From Pavona decussata (taxonomy: Eukaryota), in contig CDRNST010000051.1 in the NCBI GenBank assembly GCA_977016875.1, positions 1,302,001 through 1,366,000 on the forward strand: DNA of 64,000 bases. The letters are read 5' to 3'. Of this stretch, positions 1 through 12,913 are shown in pieces. A model generated the notes under the pieces. That model saw only the letters and a list, made by a program, of their open reading frames with translations, ran no database searches and had not been told where the DNA came from. The translations under genes and the position numbers were made by a program. Positions within the stretch are counted from its first letter, which is position 1; each line of letters begins with the position of its first letter.

Positions 1-70
1 CGAAAAAGCGCCCACCCTTATGGGCCCAAAATTAAATAAGCGCCCAGGGCGGTTAATCGAATAAAAACGG
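1..70. mobile_element. Right end of a Tc1/mariner(pogo)-like MITE inserted at a TA in the intron of g1
   Basis: Ends ...GGGCGGTTAATCGAATAAAAACGG followed by TA. The paralogous intron at ~34705-34725 reads GCCGACG-TAAGTCCAAAATTGC with no insert, i.e. an empty TA site. The left end is outside the window. Confidence 0.55.
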
Positions 71-142
71 TAAGTCCAAAATTGCTTGTAGCTGTGATGA
101 CGACATTTTACAGCTTCTGTATCCGTGTTCCAATTTTTGTAG

Positions 143-1356
143 GAGGAGATGACGTGGCTGGTACAGTGGTTCGTGTTTGGTACTCGGTGTGCATTTCAGA
201 AGAGGACTTTGCCTTTCTGACGTCAGCACTTCAAGACCTCGTGACTGCTACTGAACTGCGCACTCTAACAGGAGGTTTGATGGAGGTTTCTGCTGACCAA
301 CTGAGCCAGCTTAAGAGCGTTTGGACCACGTGGCTTCGCTTGTCACGGCGCAAAGGGTCATGGGTCGAGGAACTAAGACACAAGAAGAACTCCTTGGATT
401 CAGAATGGGAAGGTGGCGTAAGCCATTACATGCATGGTATTCCTAAGGAACACAGGATTTCTACCCAACACTTTTTTGACACAGGCATTTTTCATTCGTC
501 CACACAGACGGCAAAGTTATCGCGACAAAACTTTACTCTCACCGGTCAAGGAGATCTCCGTTTCAAAGTAAGCTCTGACTTTCACTACAGCATACCGTCC
601 ATTTTGCTTCCATTCACTAGGTGGGATTACAAAGCAATCAAGAAAACCGGCTGTTACGCTGCCTCCCTGCCAAAGATGTGCACCATCTACTTGATACAGA
701 TCCTTCAAAAGTGCCTCCAAAAACTTAGCAGTGAACGGGTGAAGTTCCACTTTATTTGATGTGACGTCTTGAATATTGAGGCCAGCCTGCCTGTCCATCT
801 CAAATATGACCGCATCACAACTTCTAACTTGTGGGACTCCTGTCCACTTACCATCTTACTGACAAAATTCAAAGGCTTCCTGAACGAATCTAATCCTCAC
901 GCGGTCATGTTGGCTGAGACCATCTGCTGGTCCCTAAACTATATGCCAGAATTAATTAACGTGTTGCCGCAGCTCTCTGGCATAGATCTGTGTAACAGAG
1001 CTTTGAAAGACACGGGAAACCACGAACTTACGCATTTATCCGGGCTGCCCGCGGTGGTGGAATACCTCAATTTAACAAGTCAATTTAACATGTTTCTACG
1101 TGCATCGTTGTTAGCTTCTTGCACAGACAAAGAGCTCGCTTCATTCAGAAGGAAGAAGAGAATCCCGTCTCTGAAATCGCTTGTATCTTCACTGGGACTT
1201 CATCTTCGGGACTTCGTTAGAAACGAGAACACTGTGTTTCCGTTTAAATGGGCGCTGAATTGTCGTCGGGTTGTAAAGTTGCGCGGATACGAGAGGGCGC
1301 TGGAATGGAAACTTGTGCGCGCTGACTCAGCAAAAGAAGAAGCTGCGAGTGAATAA
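143..1356 (+). pseudogene. g1: subfamily A MYND-DUF4470 gene, exon 2 only (exon 1 outside window), with an in-frame nonsense codon
   Basis: Acceptor TTTTTGTAG at 141-142. ORFs 82..759 and 769..1356 are in the same frame and align end to end with exon 2 of g9. TGA at 757-759 replaces TTA (Leu of FHFILCD) in paralogs. Confidence 0.85.
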
Positions 1357-2222
1357 AACTCAAATGAACCTCGAGTTGAACTTTCACAGCTAGCTCTATC
1401 CTTGTATAATCTCTGGACTGTCAACCAGAATTCTTTTCTTTTTGTTTCTGCAAAACGATAAAACGTTAAAAACAATTTCCTTTAGCATCCGAGCTCGCAA
1501 ATGAGCCCCTCCTAGATATACTGTGAATAGGCGCTTTGATGAACACAATTAGGTAACATTGAGGTAACATAGATGAGGTAACACAAAACACAACACAATG
1601 AGGTAACACAAAACTTGCTATAACACCTTGCCTTTGGTGCTTGGTCCGGGATAGGGAACTTTGAAGACAACAACAGCAACAACAACGGCAACATAACTAG
1701 AGACATAATCAGTCTGCATGATGCAATTCAATTTTTTAATTGAAAAAACTGAAATACCCTGACAGAATTCGACTGTTTATGCCAATCACGAGGCTCTTTT
1801 GTTTTGCAACCATTTGCAGTCAGAATCATTTGCGTTTTAGTTAGAATTAAGGTTAGGGGACACCTTGTGATGTCTATCATACACTAATTAGCGTGCGTCC
1901 GTTATCCATTTTCAGTGAAGCATACACAGAGCATGCACAAATCAGCTATTGTGTATGTTGTTTAGACTTATTCCGTTAAGTCTCTCCTGGTTTACTGGTC
2001 TGAAATTTTCTCGTATGATCACTGTTTCAGAGCTATTCCTATTCCTTGCAGTTAAATAACACTCGTTCCTTTTTGAAGTTATAACGCTGAAGGCCATGTT
2101 ACCTCGATACAAAATCTTCTTATTCCTGAAGTTTTCAGACAGTCTCAAACTCATGCGGTTGTTCGACATTGGTCTGAAACTTGGTATTCTATGATCAAAT
2201 TCACGAAGACTTCTAGTCCTAA

Positions 2223-2396
2223 ATAGGCCATTTCCGAGTTACTGTGAACCTCAGTATGAAAGCGAGGCTAAGTGCAAACTTTTCATATGAAAATGAGTTT
2301 TGTTTGCATACGGATGAAAACTAATTTTCATAACAAAAACTTTCCACTTAGCCTCGTTTTCATAATGAGGTTCAAAGCAACTCGGAAATAGTCTAT
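2223..2396. mobile_element. MITE with long imperfect terminal inverted repeats; internally deleted copy at 36758-36885
   Basis: ATAGGCCATTTCCGAGTTACTGTGAACCTC... at the left end is the reverse complement of ...GAGGTTCAAAGCAACTCGGAAATAGTCTAT at the right end. Confidence 0.65.
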
Positions 2397-4439
2397 CAAT
2401 TTCTATCTTTAGTATTGTTAATGAAAAATAGTGTGTTGGTATTCCAACAATAGGATATAGTTAAAAACAATGCTTAAAAGTAAAAATAAATAGTTTCCAA
2501 GATACGTGTTAAGCTTCCCCTAGGGAAATCGTGAAAAGGAGCTTACGCAAATTAATCCGAATTAAAGTGAATTGAAGAACAAATTACCTTTTTGAGCAAA
2601 TATCCAATTTTCTTTACTCGTGCTAGTGTTTGGATTGCTTTTTTTACTTTATATTGGTTTGTAATGTAAGCAATATAAACGAAAATATATTCGAGCAAGT
2701 TCGGTCAGTTATTTCCCATTTATCTCGTTTTTCTTAGTTTAGCTTTGTAGTTTTCGTTTTTTTAACTTATTGTACTCGTGTTAGCCCTCTAAATTGGTCC
2801 GTCTCTGCCATGTGTTTATGCGGATTAGTTGATCCGACGTACGCTCTCTCGATGAGCACTTAGTTGTTCTTAGAGCAAATGTCGTGTTCAAATATTGTTT
2901 AAATAAATAAAAAAAAGAATATAAACGTTATCATTAAAAGGAAGACAATTTCAGTTTCAATTTGTCAGCATAATTTTGTTATGAAAAATATTTGTCGACC
3001 TTGGAGCAAACCATTTCAGTATTACTATTTTTACTAAAAAAACTATTTTGGTCTCTTGGATTAAATTTGCGTTTAAAATTGGTATGTCAGAAAACCTTTT
3101 TTTGTAGTAAATTTAGTCCGACGAACAAGAATCAGAATTTCATTGAATGGCCGCATTTCACAAGAATTTCATCCGCTGCCTCAAAACTTAGAGAGATATT
3201 TCATAACTGTCCATTAGACAAAGAGTTGTACAACAAAAGCATTTTCCTACCCTGGTGTACTAATGACACATTTTAACGGCTGGTGATAATTCGCAAAGCC
3301 AGTCAGTGAGGCGGTGTAAGGCAGCATTACAGCGTACAGTAGTTCTGTTGGTCCAGTGAAGTGCGATTAGGATGCAGCGGCGCATTCATCGACTCTTAAT
3401 AAGAAACGTAAGGGGTTGGGGAGATGCTGGTTTTATTTTCTCGTTTGGGCTTTGAGTATTTCGCTGTTCCCGCTCTGGAAATATCTCTCAAGTAGCCAGT
3501 GCTTCCCCCACAAGGAGGTCGGGAATATTCGCAGGGTTTGACTCTTCACCAAGCTATTGGGTCTGTTTAGTTACAGTTTACAGAAGACATCAAAATGTGG
3601 TAGCCGAACACAAGGTGCACGCTGCCGCCCGACGGTCTGTTTGCCATTTTTATGTTCTTACCGTTTTTGAAGTCATCTGTGATGTATGTTTAACAAATAA
3701 ATTAAGTAAAAAAATATTAAGTTAAACAAATTGGGGGAGGAGGGGTCAAATAGATGAATTCTTTGAAAAATTATAATTAAATTAGAAAATTAAGAACATT
3801 GAAAAGGGTTGGTGTAATCAAAAATAGGCTTCTATCAAGCCTCTCTGCTTTCGCGTGTTCGTGGACTATCAGTATCCGTGGTGTCGTAAAAAATATTTCT
3901 CTTTTAAGGCTCATTCTGTTTCATAAGAATTCAACCGAATCTCGATCCCCTTAAAACCAACGAAAATTTTAAAATTTAACCGACCAGATTTCAAACAGTT
4001 TAGAAAGTGGAATCGGTCCACCTCCCTTCACCTTCCCTCCCCTCCCCTCCCCTCCCAGCCATTCGTGTTAAAAATATCCGGACTGTGTCAAATTCTCGGA
4101 AACAAATTTTTCCTTTCTGAGAAAACATAAATTAACATTTAATCGTCCAACTTAGTGTCACTCTGAATGTCAATAATTTGAAGCTTTCGGAAGCTTCACC
4201 AAAATGTTCCAAAAAAGATCAGTTTCCTTGCCCTTCACTTCCCTTCTCTGGAAAAGATCACAAGCCCCCTCCCCCCCCCCCCCAGCCCCCCATGGAACAA
4301 ATTCTCGGAAACCGACTTTCATTTCTAAGTAAGTATTTAATTATTCATCGTCATGTATTTTACATGTTAAAACCAAACAGAACACAGTTAAAGTCTGATC
4401 AACATGCTCCAGAAAGATCAGTGTTGGCGTTGTGATACT

Positions 4440-5267
4440 AGGGAACTTAAGCACCGGACGTTTTTGGGGCGACGGCTACGTCTACAAACGAGCCAGCCTG
4501 GGTAAGAGGGCGCCGTCGTTCCCGCCAAAATCCAACCTTAAGCAAAGAGGTGTTTTTGCGACGGCAACCCTTTCGAAAACTGCCTTGAAAGCTTGCGAAA
4601 ACCTCTGTGAAAAATGTCTTTTCGTGAACCAAGAGAGATGCTGTTACTAGCATATGATGGTAAAATAATTTCTGATGAAGAATTCTCGGTCTTGTGGAAG
4701 AGCTGCCGTTCCAAGAACCCAGATTTTCCGCACAGTTCGCACGCAAGATTTGATCTTGAAGACATCAACGAAACCGAATGTTTGGTAGAGTTCAGAGTCG
4801 ATTATCGAGCCTGTTCAATCTTCTCTGGGTTGACTCCCAGAATTTGTCACAGTCTGGACTGCCCTTCTTGAACTGAAACAATTCTCTAGCAATCATTTCA
4901 CGCAACAGGAGAATGTCGTGGTCATATGATTCCATTACAGGTTGTTTTTTTTATAGCCATCTTCACGCTAGAGGCTTAAAAGTTCAAGAAATGACTGCAA
5001 ATACTTGATAATCGCCCGTACAAGTGCCAGAACGATAGAATAATATTTTAAGCATCGATAAGTACAAAAAATTGAGGGCAAAATGATATAAAGGAACGAA
5101 AATCATAAAGGCGAAACTCACGTTTTACACGCGACTTCAAAATAAGCAAAACAAAGTCGGCGCCGAGTCGCGACGGCTGACCATGTCGGCGGGAAACGTG
5201 AATCGGAAGTTAATTTGAGTTCCGGTTGCCGTCGCCCCGTAGAAAACGTCTGGTGCTTAAGTTCCCT
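4440..5267 (+). mobile_element. Non-autonomous PIF/Harbinger-type DNA transposon (deletion derivative) inserted in g2 exon 1
   Basis: TIRs AGGGAACTTAAGCACC(G/A)GACGTTTT at both ends. Target duplication ACT (or TACTA depending on end placement). Removing the element restores TGTGATACTATATGTTCAG as in paralogs. Internal ORF 4614-4871 (MSFREPREMLLLAYDGKIISDEEF...KNPDFP...RFDLEDINETECLVEFR) resembles the N-terminus of invertebrate Harbinger/DDE_Tnp_4 transposases. Confidence 0.85.
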
Positions 5268-6526
5268 ACTATATGTTCAGCGCCGACTGCAAAGATCTAC
5301 TGCGGCAGATGCGAAATGGCGTATTACTGCAGCGATAAGTTAAGAGTAGCGATGAGTTTCGACATCAAGTGGATTGCCAGACGGCTGTGTTAAAGAGGAA
5401 ATGTTCTGGATGCGAAAAGGAGAAGACTGGGCTGAAACCGTGTGAAAGCTGTCGTCAAGCTTGGTATTGCGATAAAGAATGCCAGAAGAAATCCTGGCCG
5501 ACACATGAAGCACACTGCCAACAGGTGTCAAAGGAAACCAGTGAACTTGCTCATCGGATGAAACTTACTTTTGACTTAAAAGAGTCCATGGAACTTCATG
5601 GCGTGGGAAAGTTTTTATATTACTGGGGCAACACTCCTGCCGTGGATCTCATCAACCTTCCTCTGAACGAAGGCTGTGATTATTCCAAGCCTTTGTCGGT
5701 TCTTGCTTGTGGTGTTGGAGACCCAAGGAATGTGGTGCTGTCCTTGGCTCAGCTTCCGGAAACTTATCAAGAAGAGTGCACTTTTGTTTTAAACGACATT
5801 TGTGCCTGTACACTGGCGAGGACAGTTCTTATTCTGTATTTGCTTTTCAAAGGTAAGCCCTCGATCGTTATTGTCTAATGTTATGGGTCCTTCAATGCCG
5901 CTATGTTAGGAGAGAAAATCAATAGCTTATTTTGGTTGCTATAGTTTTGAAGCTCTCGTTACAGAATAACGAATTGTACTATTGGATCTTTTAGCACGCG
6001 TAAAAGCAAACCATATTCATCCAGGTTTAGTATTTAGCCATTCATATTTACTCGCATTTACCCACTAGTTGCTCGATACTTTATTCACTTGTTCTTATAT
6101 TAGATTATATTTAACCGCAGTTTTCGAAGTCTATTATTGCATATGTAAGCAGAGGCAGCACAAGCTCAATATCAGAGAACCGTTGAATTATAAGGATTTG
6201 TATGGAATAATAACGGATTTGTGTAAAATGGTAGAAAATAACAGTGTTTTGACGATAAAGTCAACTTACCCTGTTTCTTCTTGTATTCTTTGTCATTTAC
6301 CAGTTTTTCAAGCCGATTCGAAGCGATTTCGGAGAGTTAGCGTCATTCAGGTTTCCACTGTTAAGGGTAACGAAAGGCCGAACTCTACTTCAGCCATACC
6401 CGAAGCGTGAAACGGTATAAATCCATTAAAATCATTCCTAGTGTCCCAATTCCTCATAGAATCAAAGTCAGTAGAGATGAATACCTATCCTTCCAGCGCA
6501 TTTCCGACTCAATTGAAGTCGTATCA

Positions 6527-7765
6527 CGCTTGCTCAAGGGTTTAGTGCACAACGTCCCGGCCTTCTCCAGGTAAGAAAGGCTTAAAAATATATATTTCCA
6601 ACGCACCTTTTTTCGTGAATGGTGGTCGATAAATTATCCTAATTGCGTTGGCGAAGGAGACGCTCCCTAATCGAGTCGTCCCAATACTGTCCATCATGCC
6701 CAGCGCGCGTGTTCCTTAGCGCAAAAAATCGAGAAAATAGGTTGTATGTCGGTGCAAAATCGCACCGTCACAATAGCATTATGAATATGACAGTCCATCA
6801 TGCCCAGCGCGTTTCGTACCCAGTGCCTACCGCTGTAAATGTTCCTGAGCGCAAGTAATCGAGAAAAGAGGTTGTATATCGGATAGGATTGATATTTCGC
6901 GAGAAATCGAGAAAAGAGGTTGTGTATCGGATGTAATTGTTATAAAAATAAATATCAAAAGGTGTCAAAAATGGTTTTGAAAAACATAGAAGTTTCTTCA
7001 GTGTGGTCATGCCATGCATCTCCGAGGAACTTTTCTTTCACCGTTCATTATAAAAACGTCACAATAGCATCTTGACGTCCTGCGCGCGTTTTGTACCGTT
7101 CCTCGTGGTTTCGCTTCGAAAAGTACAAAACGAAAAGTGCAAGACAAGGTAAGATCCTTTTCTTTCTGAAATATCCGCCGCATCCTTGGTAGGATGCCCT
7201 ATAAACACCTGAGACTGGTAGCATAAAACGTTTCTAACGGCTGTTGACAATTGTTCCCAGACAATAACCTAATGTTTTGCAACTATACTTACAGGTTCCT
7301 GTAATCTTAACATGATTAATGCAACCCAGTAGGGTGCCTAAGGCCCTAAGTCGACGCACTATAATCTTCGATTACTACTAGTTAGCCCTACTAGCCTCGT
7401 TAGCATGTGCAAAATTCAATAAAATTTTTACACTAAAATGAGGTCAGTTAATAAGGGCTAATTAACATATTTATTGAAAAGAATAATAAATTGGCCATTG
7501 ATCAAAAAGGTCTATAAAAAAAATTAAAAAATCAGAAATTCCAGTGAAGAAAATTTACAAAGCTGATTATATTTGTACTTACACTGATGACTAAAGGCGT
7601 ACATTATGATCACGAAATAAAAGGGGAAAAATCAATCACGGTTGGCCGGGTTCGTCCTAAATTCAATTTTGATCTGGACAATGTCCCCAGTTACTACTCT
7701 ACGCCAAATATTATGAAACGGTTGACACTCGAATAAGGTGATTGATTGGTTGATTGATTGATTGG

Positions 7766-7827
<62 letters not shown>

Positions 7828-9670
7828 TCAGTTACAAAAAGCCGAGTTGCCGTTTTTTGGGGTGATCTGCACGGCCGGTTTGCAACGTCTCACATTGTTG
7901 GTTGAGAGGACAAAACAATGAACAACAGAACAATGCGAGGAGACACAAAAAACAATGCAGCTGCAGGTTGGTACAGTGAAAACAGAGCTAAGAAAATGTG
8001 CAGGCCTACTGGGGTGGAGGGGGGTGGGTGGTGGTTACATTTAGAACAATTAAAAGAGCTTACCTTTGAATAGAATATTGAATATTCCCCCCAATACTGA
8101 CGAATTTCTAGTTCAAATGTTCTACATATTTTAAAAATTATCATGAAGTTTGGCCGGGTTAAGTTGCCATTTGTAACAAATTACTCACGATCTCTAAGGT
8201 AGTCAGTTCGATGACGTTTTGCTAATTAAGAAGCCATAGCTGTGACGATGGGTTTTTCCTGTTCGAGCGTACAGGTCAGACAAATTAGACTTTAACGGCG
8301 ACTTGACAATGGCTGCGGTCACTTCTACGATGTAACTAAAGTTTAACTTAAGTTAATGTCAAGTTACGTGACGTCATCCCTAACTTTTTTAAAAATGTTA
8401 TTTTTCCTTTTACCACACATTACTTACAACACTAACACTGCTTACAATACTAACATCATTTACAAAACTAAATTTCTAACAATGCATAACACTATTTACA
8501 ATATAGTTACATTAGTTACAATACTAACTTTAAACACAACACTTATGTTAGTTATGCTAGTTATTTTTATAATACATATAATTTTTATTTATTTACCTAG
8601 TTTTTAACAGTTTGTCACAAAGGGAGAAAAAACGAGAGCACTGTACCGTTTTATAAAGTATCTAAAGCGTACGGTCTATATTTTTTCCATTTAAGTTTGT
8701 GACTCGACTCGTTCTTATTTGATTTCGTTATTTGCCATTCTAATCGATAAACGTAGTTGATCTTATTAATGAATATTCTAAAGGAAGGATGGGTACCTTT
8801 TTGGCGACAATCATAAATATATTGCTTAGCTAAAACTAGTAGTAATCGAAGATTATAGTGCGTCGACTTAGGGCCTTAGGCACCCTACTGGGTTGAACCT
8901 GTAAGTATAGTTGCAAAACATTAGGTTATTGTCTGGGAACAATTGTCAACAGCCGTTAGAAACGTTTTATGCTACCAGTCTCAGGTGTTTATAGGGCATC
9001 CTACCAAGGATGCGGCGGATATTTCAGAAAGAAAAGGATCTTACCTTGTCTTGCACTTTTCGTTTTGTACTTTTCGAAGCGAAACCACGAGGAACGGTAC
9101 AAAACGCGCGCGGGACGTCAAGATGCTATTGTGACGTTTTTATAATGAACGGTGAAAGAAAAGTTCCTCGGAGATGCATGGCATGACCACACTGAAGAAA
9201 CTTCTATGTTTTTCAAAACCATTTTTGACACCTTTTGATATTTATTTTTATAACAATTACATCCGATACACAACCTCTTTTCTCGATTTCTCGCGAAATA
9301 TCAATCCTATCCGATATACAACCTCTTTTCTCGATTACTTGCGCTCAGGAACATTTACAGCGGTAGGCACTGGGTACGAAACGCGCTGGGCATGATGGAC
9401 TGTCATATTCATAATGCTATTGTGACGGTGCGATTTTGCACCGACATACAACCTATTTTCTCGATTTTTTGCGCTAAGGAACACGCGCGCTGGGCATGAT
9501 GGACAGTATTGGGACGACTCGATTAGGGAGCGTCTCCTTCGCCGACGCAATTAGGATAATTTATCGACCACCATTCACGAAAAAAGGTGCGTTGGAAATA
9601 TATATTTTTAAGCCTTTCTTACTTGAAGAAGGCCGAGACGTTGTTCACTAAACCCTGGAACAGTCAAGCG
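6527..9670. mobile_element. ~3.1 kb foldback-like element: ~850-bp inverted arms (~6527-7383 and ~8833-9670) around a ~1.45 kb non-coding spacer, in the g2 intron
   Basis: Mirror-image ORFs (6643+/9335-, 6798-/9174+, 7059-/8943+) differ by 0-1 residues. The arms contain three copies of AATCGAGAAAA(G/T)AGGTTGT. No clear TSD and no transposase. Confidence 0.75.
7739..7827. repeat. (GATT)n microsatellite
   Basis: About 22 tandem GATT units with two GGTT variants. Confidence 0.95.
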
Positions 9671-11947
9671 TTCTTCACCTTAACTTAGGAAATTACACTC
9701 ATTCGTGACGTGCCGATAAACATGGATTCAACTGTTTAAAACCTCATCCAGGCACTTCATATTTTGTGTTTTATATATTAGTTCTTACATAATTACAGTG
9801 TTGACTACTTTATGTATTGTTACAAAACAGTCTTTAACTTTACCCAAATAGAGTTTGTGTAATTCGAAGTTCTCCTTTATGTCCAAATTAGGAGGACGGC
9901 AAGTCGCAAGCTCAGTAACGCAGATTTGGTACTCCTTACGGCTTAGCGAAGAAGACTTTCAGCTTGGGATCCGAACGTTGCGAGAGCTGATTGAGGCGTC
10001 CAGTCTAGAAGCATTGACAGGAGAGGCTATGAAGATGGACAAAGGAGAGTTTCAAAAACTTTCTAATGTGTGGCGAAAGTGGCTTCATCTCAGTTCCCGT
10101 GAAGGAGGCTGGATTACAGAGGCTCGAAACATAGTCTTACGTGAGACAAAAACCCGTCAAGATCTGTATTTGGCAGCAATCCCCATGGACCATAAAGAAT
10201 CGGCATCGAATTGGTTTGCAGACGGGATTCTGTTGCCAAAGGAATCGCGAAGAGAGCTTCCTCGAGAGAATTTTACTCTCACAGGTTCAGACTTTACCCA
10301 AAGTCGTAATAAGGGCGATTTTGAGTACAAACTAAAGGCCTCTGCTCTGCCATTCAGTGGATGGGACTACAAAGATGTCCGGCAGTGGGGCCACTCCGCT
10401 TCCGTCCTTAAGATGTACAGCGAGTATGTGAGCCATGTGCTTGAAAAATGTGCCTTAAAGTTGGCCACTGAGCAAGTAAAATTTCACTTCCTGTTGTGCG
10501 ACTGTAAGGAGATCGCCTCATTCCTTCCACCATGCCGGAAGTATGACCGCATAACCACCTCAAACACTGCTGACTATGTTCATCTGACCAAACTTCTGGA
10601 CACGTGCAAGCCACTGCTAAACCTCAGTAACCCTTCCTCAGTTATCATAACCGAGTTTATGAACTGGGTTGAACTTACAAATTTGAAAAAAGAAGCGGAT
10701 CGACTCGCTACCTCCATGCCGCTAGTCGATAGCTTTCGCAAAATAGTTCTTGAAGACACCGGAAATGACGCCATCGCCTTTTCAGAAGAATATCGTGCTT
10801 TTGTGGAGTACCAAGACCAAAGTGCAGAGTTCATCAAGTTCCTCCGCGCATCCTTGCAGATATTTGAGGATGGGCTTAATCTCAGGCGCACATGGAAGTC
10901 ATTGGCTGATCATAATGGGCTGATTGCAAGAGATTTTCTCCGCTGCCAAAATCAAGTTTTTCCGGCCAGGTGGATGATGAATGGTCGCAGGGTTACTAAA
11001 ATGAATGGCTTTGAAAAAACTGTAGAATGGACTCTTGAGGTAATTCCCGCGAAATGAAGGTTTCAAGTTAATTACAACTTTTTAATGTATACATGTTTGA
11101 ATGAAGCTACATCCATCTTCCGTAAAAGTAACAGTCGTGACCTTCTTAAAAATTATTTCCTGCCCATTGGCTCTACGGAAATTTTCGTGAAATTCGTGAA
11201 AAGTTTCCAAGCTTTCTGTGATTGTTCACATGCTATATGTATTATTTCAAGAGATGTAACAAAAACTTTAGGTCACGGGGTTCGCGTAAGAGCACGATCC
11301 ACTCAATTTACCCTATGATCGCTACCAATATTAGCTTTCAAAAAAGAGTTTATTTGATTAGATATTGCCACGTCTGGTGGCAATAGAAATTACATAGATA
11401 AAGTAGAACTTAGGAAAACGTTATACATAGAATGTATGATGCATAATCTAAAATTACAGGTAAATTTCTTGGAACGAAAAAACAATATAAAGCAGTGTCG
11501 ACCCAAAAAGATCTTAGACTCGATTACAATCCGCTGTCTGGGAAAATGAAAGACCGGACTCGAAAGAGCGGAGGAAATCGGGGCCAGTGTGAGGTTAATT
11601 GTTTTATCCTACTTTTTTAGTTTGTACTGCACTGGACTTTTACAGTATTGTGTAAAATGTGAGTGTAAGTTCGTGCTGCTCGTTTGAATTAAATGATGTA
11701 TTTCTTCGTTTGTTTGTTTGTTTGTTTCTAATTTGTACTCAATTGTACAACTAATTAATGTAATTTAATTTAGGCATGGTAGCCCATTTTTAAATGGGAT
11801 ACCAGCCTCCTTATTTGGAATCCAGAAGGGATCGGGAAATCTATAGACTATCAAAAGACGACCAAAATATTTGCACCGCCGAGGCTTGACTTCAGGTGTA
11901 CTAAAATATGTTTGCGTGCGTACGTGCTTGAGTAAGTTAACAATGAA

Positions 11948-12354
11948 NNNNNNNNNNNNNNNNNNNNNNNNNNNNNNNNNNNNNNNNNNNNNNNNNNNNN
12001 NNNNNNNNNNNNNNNNNNNNNNNNNNNNNNNNNNNNNNNNNNNNNNNNNNNNNNNNNNNNNNNNNNNNNNNNNNNNNNNNNNNNNNNNNNNNNNNNNNNN
12101 NNNNNNNNNNNNNNNNNNNNNNNNNNNNNNNNNNNNNNNNNNNNNNNNNNNNNNNNNNNNNNNNNNNNNNNNNNNNNNNNNNNNNNNNNNNNNNNNNNNN
12201 NNNNNNNNNNNNNNNNNNNNNNNNNNNNNNNNNNNNNNNNNNNNNNNNNNNNNNNNNNNNNNNNNNNNNNNNNNNNNNNNNNNNNNNNNNNNNNNNNNNN
12301 NNNNNNNNNNNNNNNNNNNNNNNNNNNNNNNNNNNNNNNNNNNNNNNNNNNNNN
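11948..12354. other. Assembly gap (N run)
   Basis: Run of N, located just inside the intron of relic g3. Confidence 0.98.
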
Positions 12355-12412
12355 AAAAAAGATGGAAGGATTGATAGCCGGGTGGATTAATGAATTAGTG
12401 AATGAAACATAC

Positions 12413-12680
12413 GTTTGTACAGTAGAAGCAGGATTGTTCAAGCCCGGGTACTTCCTGTTTCTGATAAACGCTAGGTAACGGAGAAATCGTGAGTAGAACA
12501 TTCCTTGGATCACCAACTTCACACAACATCAGAGTCAGCGGATCGGAATACTCCTCTCCTTCGGCATTCATCGCTAAGTCGAGTAGGTTCACAGCTGGTA
12601 CATTACCCCAGTAGTAGGTGGCCAATAGGTCAGGGTTTCTTTCTTTTACCTCGAAAAGCTTTCTCATTTCTTCCACTGCA
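12413..12680 (-). pseudogene. g3: relic of a subfamily A exon 1 (3' part)
   Basis: Translates to MRKLFEVKERNPDLLATYYWGNVPAVNLLDL...MLCEVGDPRNVLLTI. The LNDICPCT segment is deleted, the MYND fingers are missing, the donor GTATGTTTC is retained, and no exon 2 follows. Confidence 0.85.
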
Positions 12681-12913
12681 GGAATCAGCCGAGCTGACTC
12701 AAGTACAGGATATTTTCAATGAGAATACTAGTAGGAATTTTTAGCGATGGGTAAATGGGTGATTGCTAAGAAAAGTTGATGAAATCGGCTTGATGTTTCC
12801 ACATCCTTTCTTAGCTCAGGGAGTAAAAGCCTGTACTAAAAGACTGAAGAAAGACCGCATCCAAGACAGATTCGGAAATAATTTCAGGGCCTACCACCAA
12901 ATTAATAGATATT

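Larger units (their letters stand above)
71..5852 (+). repeat. Segmental duplication Y, copy 1 (A exon 2 + intergenic + B exon 1); copy 2 at ~34716-39412
   Basis: Colinear intergenic sequence, e.g. 1942-2220 vs 36479-36755, 2400-3700 vs 36890-38200 and 3960-4400 vs 38340-38790. Roughly 85-90% identical by eye. Similarity is lost right after the B exon 1 donor. Confidence 0.85.
4404..11057 (+). pseudogene. g2: subfamily B MYND-MYND-DUF4470 gene; exon 1 4404-5852 (interrupted), exon 2 9892-11057 (open, ~388 codons)
   Basis: ATG CTC CAG AAA GAT CAG TGT TGG CGT TGT GAT ACT at 4404 matches the start of the other B copies. A transposon lies at 4440-5267. A 1-nt deletion at ~5340 (AAGTTAAG vs AAGTGTAAG) shifts the frame. 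Donor AAAG|GTAAG at 5852/5853; acceptor TTAG|GAGGA at 9891/9892. Confidence 0.85.

Noticed and set aside
757-759. In-frame TGA as selenocysteine or programmed readthrough
   Set aside because: It aligns to Leu (TTA), not Cys, in all paralogs, and no SECIS was recognised. A simple nonsense mutation explains it.
6643-9550. Six short ORFs occurring as identical pairs
   Set aside because: They are by-products of the inverted repeat arms and show no recognisable protein features.
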